This document shows, piece by piece, positions 48,115-60,728 of a DNA stretch of 64,000 nt. Numbering within the stretch: the first letter of the stretch is position 1; each line of letters begins with the position of its first letter. A program made the translations under genes and the position numbers. The stretch spans positions 19,592,001-19,656,000 of the forward strand of contig CP158635.1 of assembly GCA_050273025.1 (NCBI GenBank), given 5' to 3'. The notes under the pieces are model-generated. The model saw only the letters and a program-made list of their open reading frames with translations, did no database searches and was not told the origin of the DNA. Source of the DNA: Cenococcum geophilum. Taxonomy: Eukaryota.

Positions 48115-51100
48115 ATGGATCATACAAAGCGACAGTCCGATATGAGTGAGCGTGGGAGTTTTGAGCGACCATCTTCAGGCACATCTAAGGCTGAACAGCT
48201 AGAAAAACGTTCAGACAAGAGCCAAAATGCTGACAACCACTCGGAGGATTCCACTTTGCGAGAAGACCATGAGGTCTTCAGCAATGACCCGCCCGTGAAT
48301 GATTACAAACGCGAAGTTGAATCGGAGAAAGAACCTGCAGCACTCCGAGACACAGAACACCTGGAATTTGAAGGTGATGAGGAAGAGCCAGCTATACCGC
48401 AATGTTTCCAACGGTCTACCAGCCCCGCCGTCATGCAAAGAAACAAGGGAGCTGCATATGAGAAAGTTGGTGAAGAAGGTATAAATAAGATGCACAAATT
48501 CTCCCTCTATGAGACCAGCACTCGGTTTTACCTCGTCGGCGGAGACGTTATGGATAGGCATTTCCGGGTACTTAAAATTGACCGCACAGCGCCTCCTGGA
48601 CATTTGAATATCTTCGAGGATGACATTGTGTATGACAAGAGAGAGATGAACCAGCTTCTAAATGCCATCGATGATGGAAACAAGGGAACCGGCGGTATGA
48701 AGCTAAAGTGTAGCACCTGGGGACTTCTCGGCTTCATCAGATTTACCGAAGCGTACTACATGCTTCTCATCACCAAAAGAGCTCAAGTAGCGATGATAGG
48801 TGGGCATTACATATATCAAATCGATGGTACAGAGTTAGTACCACTCACCACGGGTTCTACATCTCGATTTCAAAGAGACCGCAACCCGGAAGAAGTAAGA
48901 TTTCTCAGCATTCTGAACAACCTTGATCTGAGCCGGTCATTTTACTTCAGTTATTCGTATAATATTACTCGTAGCCTTCAGCAGAACATTATCCGAGAAC
49001 GGGAAGCTCTGTGCCAAGGATTTCGTTATTCAAACTACGACTTCAATGACATGTTTGTTTGGAACAACTACCTTTTGGAACCAGCCCGAGCTGCGCTGAA
49101 AAGTACTTACGATTGGTGTCTTCCAATTATTCATGGTTTCATTCACCAATCTTGTATGTGTTCGTAATTTTCCTGCGCCTAAAAATACTGATCATGAATT
49201 AGCGCTGAATGTGTTTGGTCGACGAGTATACATTACAATCATTGCCCGGCGATCAAGATTCTTTGCCGGCGCACGCTTCTTAAAACGTGGTGCAAACGAC
49301 TTAGTGAGCAACTACCACTTTCTACACCTTCGAATTTATTTAATAAGTCTTAGGGCTACGTCGCCAATGATGTCGAAACAGAACAGATCGTTTCCGAACT
49401 ACTCAATACTTCATTTCATGCCCCCGGACCTCGACTATACGCCAACCCCACATACACATCTTATCTTCAGCATCGCGGAAGTATCCCCTTGTACTGGACG
49501 CAGGATAATACAGGAGTAACTCCAAAGCCAGACATCGATCGTATGTATGAGTTTCCACGAGTAATGAATTGCTTCATTAACCTCTGTCCAGTAAATCTTG
49601 TAGACCCTTTTTACAGTGCCGCAGCACTTCACTTCGATAATTTATTTGAGCGATATGGCGCGCCCGTTTATGTGCTTAACTTGATCAAGGTGAATTGGCC
49701 TATGGCGCAATAACGCATAGCCTTGCTAATGAGTTATAGTCGCGCGAGCGTACTCCACGGGAGTCAAAGCTTTTACACGAGTATCAAAACGCCATAAAAT
49801 ATCTTAATCAATCTTTGCCGACTGACAAGAAGATATTGTACGAGGCATTCGATATGAGCAGGGCCTCTAAAACGTGAGAGAAAGCATGCCTTGTGAATCT
49901 AGGTATCATTCCTAACATTTTGCAGGCGAGGTCAAGATGTGATAGGGACTCTTGAGTCAATCGCGGAGAAAGTTCTCCAAAAGACAGGATTCTTTCACAA
50001 TGGAGATAGCAATTTTAATTCGCCGCAGATTCAAAACGGTGTTGCAAGGACAAATTGCATAGACTGTCTGGACAGAACAAATGCTGCTCAGTTCGTCATT
50101 GGTAAGCGTGCTCTGGGCCGGCAGCTTCAAGCAATTGGGGTCCTCGCCGGGAATACGGTTGAATACGACACTGACGCGGTGAATACCCTCACCCACATGT
50201 AAGTTCCATTCTGGAATTAATCTACTTAGATGCTGATTTGGGATAGGTTTCACGACCATGGAGATACCATCGCAATCCAGTATGGTGGATCACACCTTGT
50301 CAATACAATGTCAACATATAGGAAGATCAATCATTGGCAAAGCCACTCACGAGACATGGTAGAGAGCTTCAAACGTTACTATCACAACTCCTTTCTCGAC
50401 TCTCAGCGACAAGAAGCTTACAACCTCTTCCTTGGAAACTATATATTCGCTCAAGGTCAGCCCATGCTGTGGGACCTAACAACTGACTACTACCTGCACC
50501 ACGCCGATCCACGCGCATGGCTTAACAAGGGCCGTCGAGATTATATTAATTGGTATACGCCGTCCTTTCTCGAACCACGTGCTCTGCCAGCGTCCACGGA
50601 GCCGAACGTTGAATTATTGAGGAAAGGCGTTGGCCTCTTTGATGATTACTGGCTGGAATACTACCGCCCACTGGCTATCTCCTCCTTTCTAAAGATTTTC
50701 TCCTTTCGCCTCAATTCCCCTGCCCGCTACTTGCCAGACAGGTCCCTCCAGTCACGCGACTTCGACCTCTCCCCCTTCTGTCCACGCAAGCAGCCCCATG
50801 AGAACGAATCACCAGAGAAAAAACCCCTTCGAAAGGGTGTCACAATCGTCGATCCCAGCGAGACAGACTCCCAACGCCTTACCATCGCTGGCCGCCGTAA
50901 CCAAGCACGCCTCGCGCCTCCTGCAACAAACGAAAGTAACTCACCCATCAAACAAAGCATCTTACGTGACCCTCACTTTAAAACCCAAATACTCCCATCC
51001 ACAAGCTCAATGAGCATGTCTCTCTCAAACTCCAACTCTTCATTTAAACCCGCGGACAAGAGTCTTATGACCCAATGGACACTCGATCAGTTCTACACCA

Positions 51101-51516
51101 ACTCCCTTAACCCCTCCGTCACGGATGCGGAGGCTTCAGAATACGAGCACTACATTTCCCACCCGCTCAATCTGCCCCTCGTTGTGTCTACAGAAACTCC
51201 CGAAGATTCCAATCTCGACTTCGTCGAATATCTCAGCATTACTGCCCCTTCCACCTTTGGTGCCTATAAATCAGGGCTCGGTGAAGGCGGAGTGAACGGT
51301 ATTGGAGGTTCAGATGGAGATGGAGGACGCTGGGATGTCAGCGAAGAGGATATAGCGCACTATGCAGAATTCTTGACTGTCGCAGAGAACCCGCTAGATG
51401 TCAAAGAGGGGGATGGTGGGAAGAAGAGGTATAAGGCGTATCGGCAATGGTTGAGGGGGAAGAGTTTGTTCAAGCAAAGTAAAGTTGATCCGGAGTATCA
51501 GATGCAAGAGAGATAG
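48115..51516 (+). CDS. FIG4: Polyphosphoinositide 5-phosphatase Fig4 (SAC domain)
   Basis: GLLGFIRFT...[46 protein letters not shown], catalytic [15 protein letters not shown] and [10 protein letters not shown]. About six introns lie between 49154 and ~50250. A short upstream exon near 47931 is possible. Confidence 0.95.
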
Positions 51517-52643
51517 ATATGAGTTTGCATGCTATCTTTTCATCGACCAGTTTTGTAGGCTATCAGCAGTTTGGACTCGGTGTTGTGTATGGCTAGCGTG
51601 GGCATAGAGCATGGTTAGGTGATTCTCAGTGTTGGGTATTGATATTCTTTGCTAGAGATAATGCAACTACTCAATAATCTAGAGGTATATATTCCTCCTA
51701 TACTAAGAATGTACGAGTAGCGCACATCACGATAAGCCTTCATGTGTTTTTACTCAAGTCAGGGTGATAGCCATCAAAGCTAACTGCAGCTTCCGTCTAG
51801 TGCTTAAGCAACATTGTAAGCAGTACTTCAAACATATCCTGCCTCATGTTAAAGAGCACGGTCACTCTTATAAGTGCATGCCTATCCTCTTCTGACTGAC
51901 TAATAGCCTGACCTGTTGATGCATCACTCCATTTTGAGGTATCTTCATGCCAAAAATTCATAATTTTATCCGCCCTCCCGTCCCAGCATCGGGCCTTCTG
52001 TTCTCCGTAATATAGCCATGAGCGACGGGATTTAATCCATGGCTCGCATTTTCTGGAAGTGGGAACGGTGGTTTTCGTAGCTGTTCTGTAAAAAATACTG
52101 GATGTCTGATAGCACTGTCATACCGATGTTGCATGAGATCAGTGACCCGAGACTGCAACATAGGCGCTTGAGGCATAGGGCCGAATGGAGGCATCGCCTC
52201 TAACTGATTCCTATGTTGACGTGCACCGGGAATTTCGGTTGGTTGCCGTATTTCTTGGGGAGGTTTGAAGCTACCGGACAGCTGCTGTTGAGAGCGAGTC
52301 TGTTGGTGGAGGTAGCTTGGTCCTGGCTGCGGCGGGTACTGCGGCGACTATTAATCATTAACTGTAATTAGAAGGGATATAGGTACGAGAAATATACCTT
52401 TGGTCGCGACGGCTGCAACACTGGAAGCATGCCAGGACGAGTTGGAAATGTTCATATAAGCTTTCGTGACGGTTGCTCGAAATGCTTCATGCCTCCACAT
52501 GCCGAGGTCCATTGCCCGCGAGACGTCATTAAAATTGCTGCTGCTACGGAAGACCATACCTTCTAAAGACGCCAATGGGAGCAGGGGTATACAGAAATAT
52601 ATATTCGAAGTTTGTATGACTCAAGCTCAACTAACAAAACGAG

Positions 52644-54834
52644 ATGCAAGGAACAGCTGCACTTTTCTTCGCTGCTTCAAAATGTTGCAGTTTCAATGCT
52701 TCTTATAGATTACTTAGCACGCCCATAATACAAATCTCCAACGGCACCTTTTACCGCCAGCATCCCGCATTGCGACCTCCGCCGGGGCAGGACGCTCCTC
52801 CAAATCTACCATTGTTCCCTCAATTGACCCTGTCTCTCCCTTCTTTCTCGTCACCGAACCAGCATTGGGCTATCCTAAGCCCTTCTTCGACCGTGAGGAC
52901 TGCATTCCTCCAAATTCTCCGTGGCCAGTTGCTGTGCTTTCCGCCCACGGCTCGATCATACCCGTACCTCCTCTCTGACAAGATCGCCGCCAAGAATCCC
53001 AAATTGCGCTTTCCCGAGAGAGCTATAGAATATGTTGGCTTCGACGTGGAGAGGAAAGCGTTTGGGGGTGCATACCTAAGCGCTCGGTATGAGAGCCGTG
53101 TAGAAGAGACGGATTTCTCGTTGGCCCAATACTTGACTGGGGTTACCGGACTTAATGTTGGAGAGGAGTATGTGAAAGAGCGCCTGCCGGACCAGGATGC
53201 AATGCTCCAGGTTGTAAAGGATCTTGGATTGGAGCCATACTTCCACAAACCTGTTAGCACTCTGAGTAATGGGCAGTCGAGACGCGCAAGGATTGGGAAG
53301 GCTTTGCTGAGCAAGCCCGAGATGCTACTATTGGATGCACCATTTAGTAAGATCGCCTTATTATTAGTTCGGTAATTGACTAACTGTACTAGTCGGTCTT
53401 GATCCGTTTGTGTCGAAGCATATCTCCCAAGTCTTGCATGGGCTAGCTGAAGCTAATGCACCCCGCGTGGTGTTATCGTTAAGGCCTCAAGATGTTATAC
53501 CAGGATGGATAACCCATGTTGTCTATGCAGGCGAGGACGGCAAAGTTGACGCCCTAGGGCCAAAAGGAGAGGTCTTTCAGTACCTTAAAGAACAGTATGA
53601 GTCAGTAGAGTCAACGTTAAGGAATTCTAAAAGAACAGAAGGGGTTAGCGCAGGTGAACACGCCGAACTGGATCCAAAATTAGTGGAAATTAGAAAAGTA
53701 GGACGTCACATGTCCGAGAGAGGAGACTTCGATTTGGCATCTCAAGTCGATGAGTCTACCACTTCTCATAGTTCTGCGCTCAGCCGGGATGCGTATACGA
53801 AAATTGATGAGTCTCGAGTACCTATCGGCGACCCCCTCGTTGAGATGGAAGGAATCAGAATCAAGTACGGGACCAACTCTGTCCTTGGGAACTGGCAGCA
53901 AGACATAGAGGGCTCCGTAAAGGACGGTCTGTGGTGGAATATTCACCGAGGGCAGCGGTGGGGTATATTCGGAGCAAACGGTAGAGTCAAACAGGTACGA
54001 GAACAGGCAAATCATGCTAATCTCTGAATAGGGTCCGGAAAGACCACGCTCCTATCCCTAATCACATCTGATCACCCACAAACATATTCTGCTCCAGTGC
54101 GTATCTTTCAACGCTCACGATTGCCATCGCCAGGTGTTCCCGGAATCTCAATCTTTGACATCCAATCTCGAATGGGCCACTCATCTCCAGAAGTTCACGC
54201 GCTCTTTCCAAAGGATCTCAGTGTTAGACGGACACTAGAATCTGCTTGGGCAGATACTCCATTGACCAAACCTGCGCTTAACTCTGAGGCAACTCAACGA
54301 GTTGAGGCGTGTCTGCGCTGGTTTAGGGCAGAATTAAATCCGCTCTTCGATAACGCTGAAGCACTAAATAACACAGAGTCTTCTTCCCTTGGGTGGACCT
54401 CACACATCATATTTGGAGAGCTCTCGTTTTCGGCTCAACGTGTCGCGCTCTTCCTCCGCGCCACCATTCGCAACCCTGATATCGTAATACTAGACGAGGC
54501 ATTTAGCGGCATGGACGACCTTGTCCGGGACAAATGCTTATTATTTCTAAGCAGAGGCGAGAGCATGACGCTGCATTATCATGATACTGGCCCCAGGCCT
54601 ACAGAGAATGAGCTCTCTCGTCAAGGCAAAGTGAGCGTTCCAGGCCTCCAGGATCACCAGGCGTTGTTATGCGTTAGTCACAGTCACCAGGAAGTCCCAG
54701 GCTGTATAAGAGAATGGATATGTTTGCCTGAGCCTGGAGCGGGGCCGCCAAGATTTGGGCGTCTGGATGGGCCCGTAGAGTTGAGCTATGAGCGCTGGAA
54801 TAAGATTTGGAATTGGCCTACTGGAAAGCCGTAG
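52644..54834 (+). CDS. Soluble two-NBD ABC ATPase, ModF/YDR061W-like
   Basis: NBD1 has signature LSNGQSRRARI and Walker B LLLLDAPF. NBD2 has Walker A GANG-SGKTT (across intron ~53981-54031), LSFSAQR, IVILDEAFSGMD and VSH. Another intron lies at ~53348-53391. No transmembrane domain. Confidence 0.88.
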
Positions 54835-55299
54835 AACAGCGGGGTATTTGAGTGTTGTGTTATAGAAAAATGGCACTTATTAAAGGTGATTCGAGAAAGA
54901 CTAAAGACACCCTGAGGGAACCTTCAGCGCACGAGCATCTAGGCACATAGGGTCCAGATGGAGGGGATCAGTCAGATGTCCTCCACATTGGGGGTTTGCT
55001 GGGGTTTGCTGGGTGCCTCGTTGGGTGCTAAACTAGCGAACTCCTACAATACATAGTCTATAACAAACGGTCGTGGTCCTGGATAATGTTGGCGGGTTTT
55101 ACTGGATCCGTAGTGCACTCTAGGTAATAGGCTAGATTAGTACAGTTATGCTTATTTGTGTGCTAGTTCATATTACTGTAGTAACTCTACCTCCGTTTTA
55201 GAGGGTTCTGCTGCCGCTTTTAGCAGTTCTTGCACCTAAGTATTAAGACTTATTGGAAGATGTAAGACAAAGACTCTGCTTATAACTCTGCTTAGTTAT

Positions 55300-55900
55300 C
55301 TACATAATGTAGAAACTGTGGTGCGCTATAACCTATGCTCTACCCTAGCAATGCAACACCCAACCGGCTACCTTAGTAAGGGCCTCAATTACACCATTAT
55401 ACGGCAACGCTTTGCCTCTTTGACGCAGCCCTCTATGGTGAGCTGTCTAAAACGCGTCACAGGCCCTGCTAAGAGCTGTGGTGCCGTCGGTTAAACTCTG
55501 GTTGAGGTTCGCTCTAAGCTCTGTGATAAATGTCTGAAAGACAGCGGCTATATCCACCGGGATATTAGCCGATCCTTTTGCCTTCTATGCTGCGCCGGCA
55601 TTAAGGACAGAGATACTAGTAGTTGCCGTCCTGGACTATAGAGTATTAGCTTGCGACTATATAAGGAAGTTAGACACTTACTAAGACACGAGATTTCATT
55701 GATAGTTACTCCGTAAAGATTAATTAGAACATTCTCGTCACGTCGTTGGTGGATGGTATAAAGTCTTGCATTGGTAACCGCATCACCCTTATAGGCGGCT
55801 ACATTACCGTTTCTAATTCTGGTACGTCCTTCATCAGTAACGTCCCGCCGGACATCTCGGCGATAGACACCGATGAATCTATGCTTCGCTGAGTACCTTA
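55300..55900 (+). pseudogene. Possible degraded fungal protein-kinase (FunK1-like) relic
   Basis: Only the motif LKDSGYIHRDIS (~55534-55569) is recognisable. The surrounding frames are broken. Confidence 0.25.
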
Positions 55901-56636
55901 AGGCACTCCATGAGGGTTGATTAAGTGTACATAATTAACTTAGTAAAACCACTTCGGGGCACACCTGATTAATCTATCACGCATATTCTGCAAATCTTTC
56001 TTCTGGAGCCCGTCGACGAGGCGTTTGGTGTTCCCATTCCTGGTACTCCTTGAGATCGTTTGTGTTGAAATGGACGATCAAGGGGAGTCAAAAGTAGGAA
56101 GGTATACATCAATAATTAGGTGGCTGGTAACAGCCACCATATATTGGGCCTAGCCATCCGATTCTCAACAATTTGGCGTCGGAGCGAACCCTTTTAGGAC
56201 GGGAAGAATTGTGCCACCGGTGTTTTGGATGAGACGACAAGTGATGGGATGCTCTTTTCTCCATCTGCTAGTGGGGAGGAGGTTGAGATGGTTCTATTTT
56301 AGCTCAAGTATTAAGCCAGCATTGGGATATTTGCGCCGATATTCCTTCGGGCTACTCGCTGGATAGTACGGTTTTGTGGTCTGGTTCGTCATTACTGTAA
56401 AGCCTATGGCAGTGAGTGGGTTACGAATGTATTAAGAACGAGCTCTCGGGGTAGGATATTTAGCAGTTGTAATCCCGCTGACTTAATTCAATGTTAAGGC
56501 GCTGACTTGCGTAGCAAGTCTACTGAGTAGCTTAGATTGCCTTTGAAGAAACGATTAAGGGCAATAGTTTGTAAAGGGTTATTAATTCCCCTCCTTGATG
56601 ATTATATAATACAAGCTGCATTTTTTCACTCAAAGA

Positions 56637-56818
56637 CAGGGTTGCATATCAATCAACGAAGTTTCAATATTGAATTGAATTGATTGCCAAGACTTAATCA
56701 ATTCAACCAACTGAGAGTTCGCTGGCTTGGCAACCTAATCAATCTAGAGGCCCTGATTGAATTGAATTGATTGATAAATATTGAAGCTTTTGATATTATT
56801 GACCCGAGGTACGAGTGG
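56637..56818 (+). mobile_element. Left end of a hAT-like element
   Basis: It begins CAGGGTTGC and has subterminal AATTG/CAAT(C/T) repeats. A GAATTGA(TTGA)TAAATAT block parallels the left end of the complete hAT at 60729. Confidence 0.55.
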
Positions 56819-57006
56819 TCTATACTTTTAGGTGTAGGTGTTCGAATTTTCAAACTCCTGCCAAGCCAGCTTTTGATTGGTTAGAAAAACCCGCCAAGCT
56901 AGCTTCTGGTTGGTTAGAGAAAAAGTCGCGGGCGGTATCTACCTGCAGAATACACGTGACGAACATTAAAATATTTAAGATCTTACTATCAAAAAATCAA
57001 CCTCTT

Positions 57007-59769
57007 CAATGGAAGAGGTGGAACGGAAGATGTTTGCGGCAAAGCCTTGGAAAGCGCCAGGGGACGACGGCCTACCAGCGATGGTGTGGAGGCAGATATG
57101 GCCGGTAATAAAAGACAGGGTCCTGCTCCTCTTTCAGACCTCACTAGACGAGGGCAACCTTCCCAACCAATGGAGAAATGCCAAGATTATACCGCTTAAG
57201 AAGCCAAATAAAGGAGACTATACGAAGGCAAGGGCATGGAGGCCTATCTCTCTGCTGTCTACGTTAGGCAAGGTGCTAAAGTCTATAGTCGCCGAGAGAA
57301 TATCGCACGCAGCAGAGACCTTTGGACTACTACCTACAAATTACTTTAGGGCAAGGAAGAAGCGCTCCACTAAACAGGCGCTGCTACTACTGCAAGAACA
57401 TATCTATAACGCGTGGAGGTCTAAGAAGGTACTCAGCCTTATTAGCTTTAATATAAAGGGTGCATACAACGGAGTATATAAAGAGAGGCTACTACAAAGG
57501 CTCATAGCAAGAGGTATACCGCCAGTGCTAGTGCGGTGGATTAATACATTCTACTCTAATCGTACGGCGACTATCTTAGTTAACGGCCATACCTCTAACT
57601 AGTAATAGTTACTACAAGCAGGACTACTACAAGGATTGCCGCTCTCGCTAATACTATTCCTCTTTTTTAACGCCGATCTAGTCTAGCACCGGCTTAATAT
57701 AAATAGAGGCTTAATAGCGTTCGTGGACGATTATAATGCATAAATTATAGAACCATCAGTAGCAGCAAACTGCGAAGGCATTTAGGCTATTATTAATAGA
57801 GCAATAAACTAGGAGAAACAAAGCGGCGCAACGTTTAAAGGTAAAAAGACTATACTAGTGTACTTTATAAGAAACGCGGACCGGACCAATACTACCCCAT
57901 TTATAATTAAAGGAAAAACAGTTATACTAGGGCATACAGCTAAGATCCTAGGGGTAGTTATAGATGCGGAGCTTTGGTATAAGCAATATATCGCAAAAGC
58001 AGCCACCAAGGGCCTTATCACAGCTATAGCACTAAAGAGACTCCAGATAGTATCCCCTTTAACCACAAGACAACTATTTAGGGCAACGGTAGCGCTAGTG
58101 GTGGACTACGCCTTAAACATCTAGATATACGCCTATAGGGGTTCCACTATAGCCGCAATAAATAGGGTACAAAAAATTGGAGCGTAGGCAATTATAGGAA
58201 CTTTCCGTATAGTAGCTACGGTTATTAGGGAGGCCAAAGTAAGCATACGGTTAGTACGCGAGCGGCATTTAAAGAGGGCCACTAAGTTATAGGTTAACCT
58301 TAACACGCTATATAAGACGAACCCGCTCTTAAGGCTCCGCATAAAGGTGCTCCAGAGGTTCACGTCCCTACTACAGAAGATAGCCTATATATATTAATAT
58401 ATACTAATAGATAAGATAGAGGTCATTTAGCCCTATATAGTACTACTATAGGAGGACTAACTGCCTATAAGCATTAACCTAGATAAAGATAGGGCAACTA
58501 AAGCCGCTAACTCCACCTAAGGCATATAGATCGCAACAAGCTCGTCTAGGAGGAGAGGCATAGTAGGGATGGGAGGTATTGTCTATAACACCCTTAGTAA
58601 TACGCCAAATAGGGAAGCTATTATATACTCAATTATACTAAAACTAAGAGTAGAACAGAACCTATACATAGCTAAACTAGCGGCAATATTAATGGTAATA
58701 AGGTGCTTACTGCTAGATCTATAGAAGAGATAGATTACTATATTCACTAGTAATTAAGCAGCACTACTAGCGATTAGCTAACCTAAGCAACAATCTGGCT
58801 AAATAAGTATTGCATAGATCTATAACATAGCCCGCATATTAAGGCAAAGAAGTAACCGTTTTCTTATTATATGGGTCCCTTAAGGGGAGTTTAAACTAGG
58901 CAAGAAGGTAAAAGTAGTAGTACGGCGAGCTACTATATAAGGACGCCTACTGTAAGGACAACAATACTAGGCTAAGGCTATAATAATAAACACCGCAAGA
59001 ACAAAACAGTAGGGTAGGAAAACACTACTGGAAGGAGTAGGAAGGTATTTAAGAAAAATGGACACAGTACTACTAGGTAAATATACCCGTAGGCTATATA
59101 ACTCCCTTAAGCGAAAAGAGGTAAATATATTAGCCTAGTTACGGATAGAAATAATATAACTTAATGGGTATCTACACCGCATTAGAGCGGCAGAATTAGA
59201 TTAATATAATTACGGATAAGTAAGAGAAATAGTTAAACACTTTCTCTTTAGGTGTATAAAATGGATATTATATTAAGAGCAAATGCTGCAGCAAATAGAT
59301 ATAAAAAGAGGCAGCTTATCCTTCTATCTTAGGGGGAAGGCGTTAAGTAACTCTAAATAGTAGATACCAAACGTAGACGCGGTCCGAGCAATAGTAAAAT
59401 ACGCAATAGCTACTAGATAACTTAAGGCAGAATTAAATTAATAACCCGTCTACCATAGTCAGAAACTCCCCCCCCTTCTCTACGCTTTAACTAACCTATA
59501 CTATACACCCTCGTGCCACCAGTAGATCTCGCTTTAATTACTAAAGATAGAACACTAAATACTTAAAGGAATAGCCCCCCAAGACCACCTACTACTAACC
59601 ACCTATAAGATCTCATAAAATAAGGCATAAGTAACACTAGGGAATACTAAATAAGGCATATATACGGGCTTATACAAGAATATGGCGAGACTAAAGGAAG
59701 CGTAATTATATAATATAGTACTAGTGCCCTTTAGGCTTAGTGCCTCCGGGCGGAATAAACTTCATTATC
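57007..59769 (+). mobile_element. 5'-truncated Tad1-like LINE (RT + RNase H + C-terminal zinc finger)
   Basis: KAPGDDGLP, WRPISLLSTLGK, NIKGAYN, GLLQGLPLS and FVDD (~57720), then an RNase H-like region at ~58530-58950 and ...RE.VKHFLFRC at ~59220. The TSD is ~12 bp: AATCAACCTCTT (56995-57006) and AATTAACCTCTT (59770-59781). Confidence 0.92.
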
Positions 59770-60305
59770 AATTAACCTCTTTGTTAATATCTCTATTAAT
59801 ACTACTATATGCGTCTTATCTATAGTAGAACCTGCTTTAATTAAGTGCAGCAAGTGCTATTTAATATAACCCTATATTAATTTTATTAAAAACGGCCCAT
59901 CTACTAAGCTTTTAAAGCAATGTTAATTGTGTCGGTTAAAGGCGTGTTTTTCCTATATATTACTTCTACTTTTACTTACTTTCCTAGGGCTCTAAATATA
60001 GTTTAAATAGGCGGAAAGCAGAGCTTGGTTCTACTAAGACTCGTCCTACAAAGCGCTAGTGAAATGCTTTACCTAAAACCGATACTAAGGACGTCTTCTT
60101 ACCTCGCGGCTAGAACAGTTAAGATACCCCTAAAATAGCTTAACGGCGGAAGACAATTAGGGTAATATAACGAGAGCACCGCATTCTTAATCGGCGGAGT
60201 AAAGCTCACTTGCCTACTCCTCCGCTATATACTACAGATAAAGCTCCGTATAGTGGGAGAGGCACTCTAAATAACCTAAATGCGTCCTTGCCGTAACTAG
60301 CTCCT

Positions 60306-60402
60306 ATGCCTACTCTACCGCTAATACCTACACTACCGCCAATACCTATACTACCGCTAATACCTACTCTACCGCCAACACCTACTCTACCGCCAATACC
60401 AC
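60306..60402 (+). repeat. 18-bp tandem repeat encoding (M/I/T)PTLPP in the Helitron ORF
   Basis: About five units of ccTACTCTACCGC(C/T)AAta. Confidence 0.85.
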
Positions 60403-60728
60403 CTTCCTTACGGCAAGCTCCCTCTTAGCGGCAAGCTCCCTCTTGGCAAGCTCTAACTACGGCTACACTACTACCTGTTTTAGCTATTAATTAGGAGCGG
60501 ATTAAGAAGTTTAGGAGTATACTATAGGCTAAATATATAGAGACGTGTAGTTGTTGCAAGGAGTAGTAGTTCCAAATAGGCCTAGCTACAGAGGGTAATA
60601 ATATAGGTGTATGTAAAGCCTATATTAAGGACGCCGATAGTCTTAAGGATCTAACCCTCCCCCCCCTATTTAGTAAAAGTAATGGGCTTAATCTGGGGCC
60701 TGTTCCTAGCTTCCTGCCTATACTTACC

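Noticed and set aside
32664..54876. Many overlapping or antisense ORFs within the real genes
   Set aside because: These are shadow frames of well-supported CDSs with no independent motifs.
28600..56600. tRNA, rRNA or snRNA genes
   Set aside because: No cloverleaf or rRNA-like sequence was recognised by eye. A covariance-model scan would be needed to exclude small ncRNAs.
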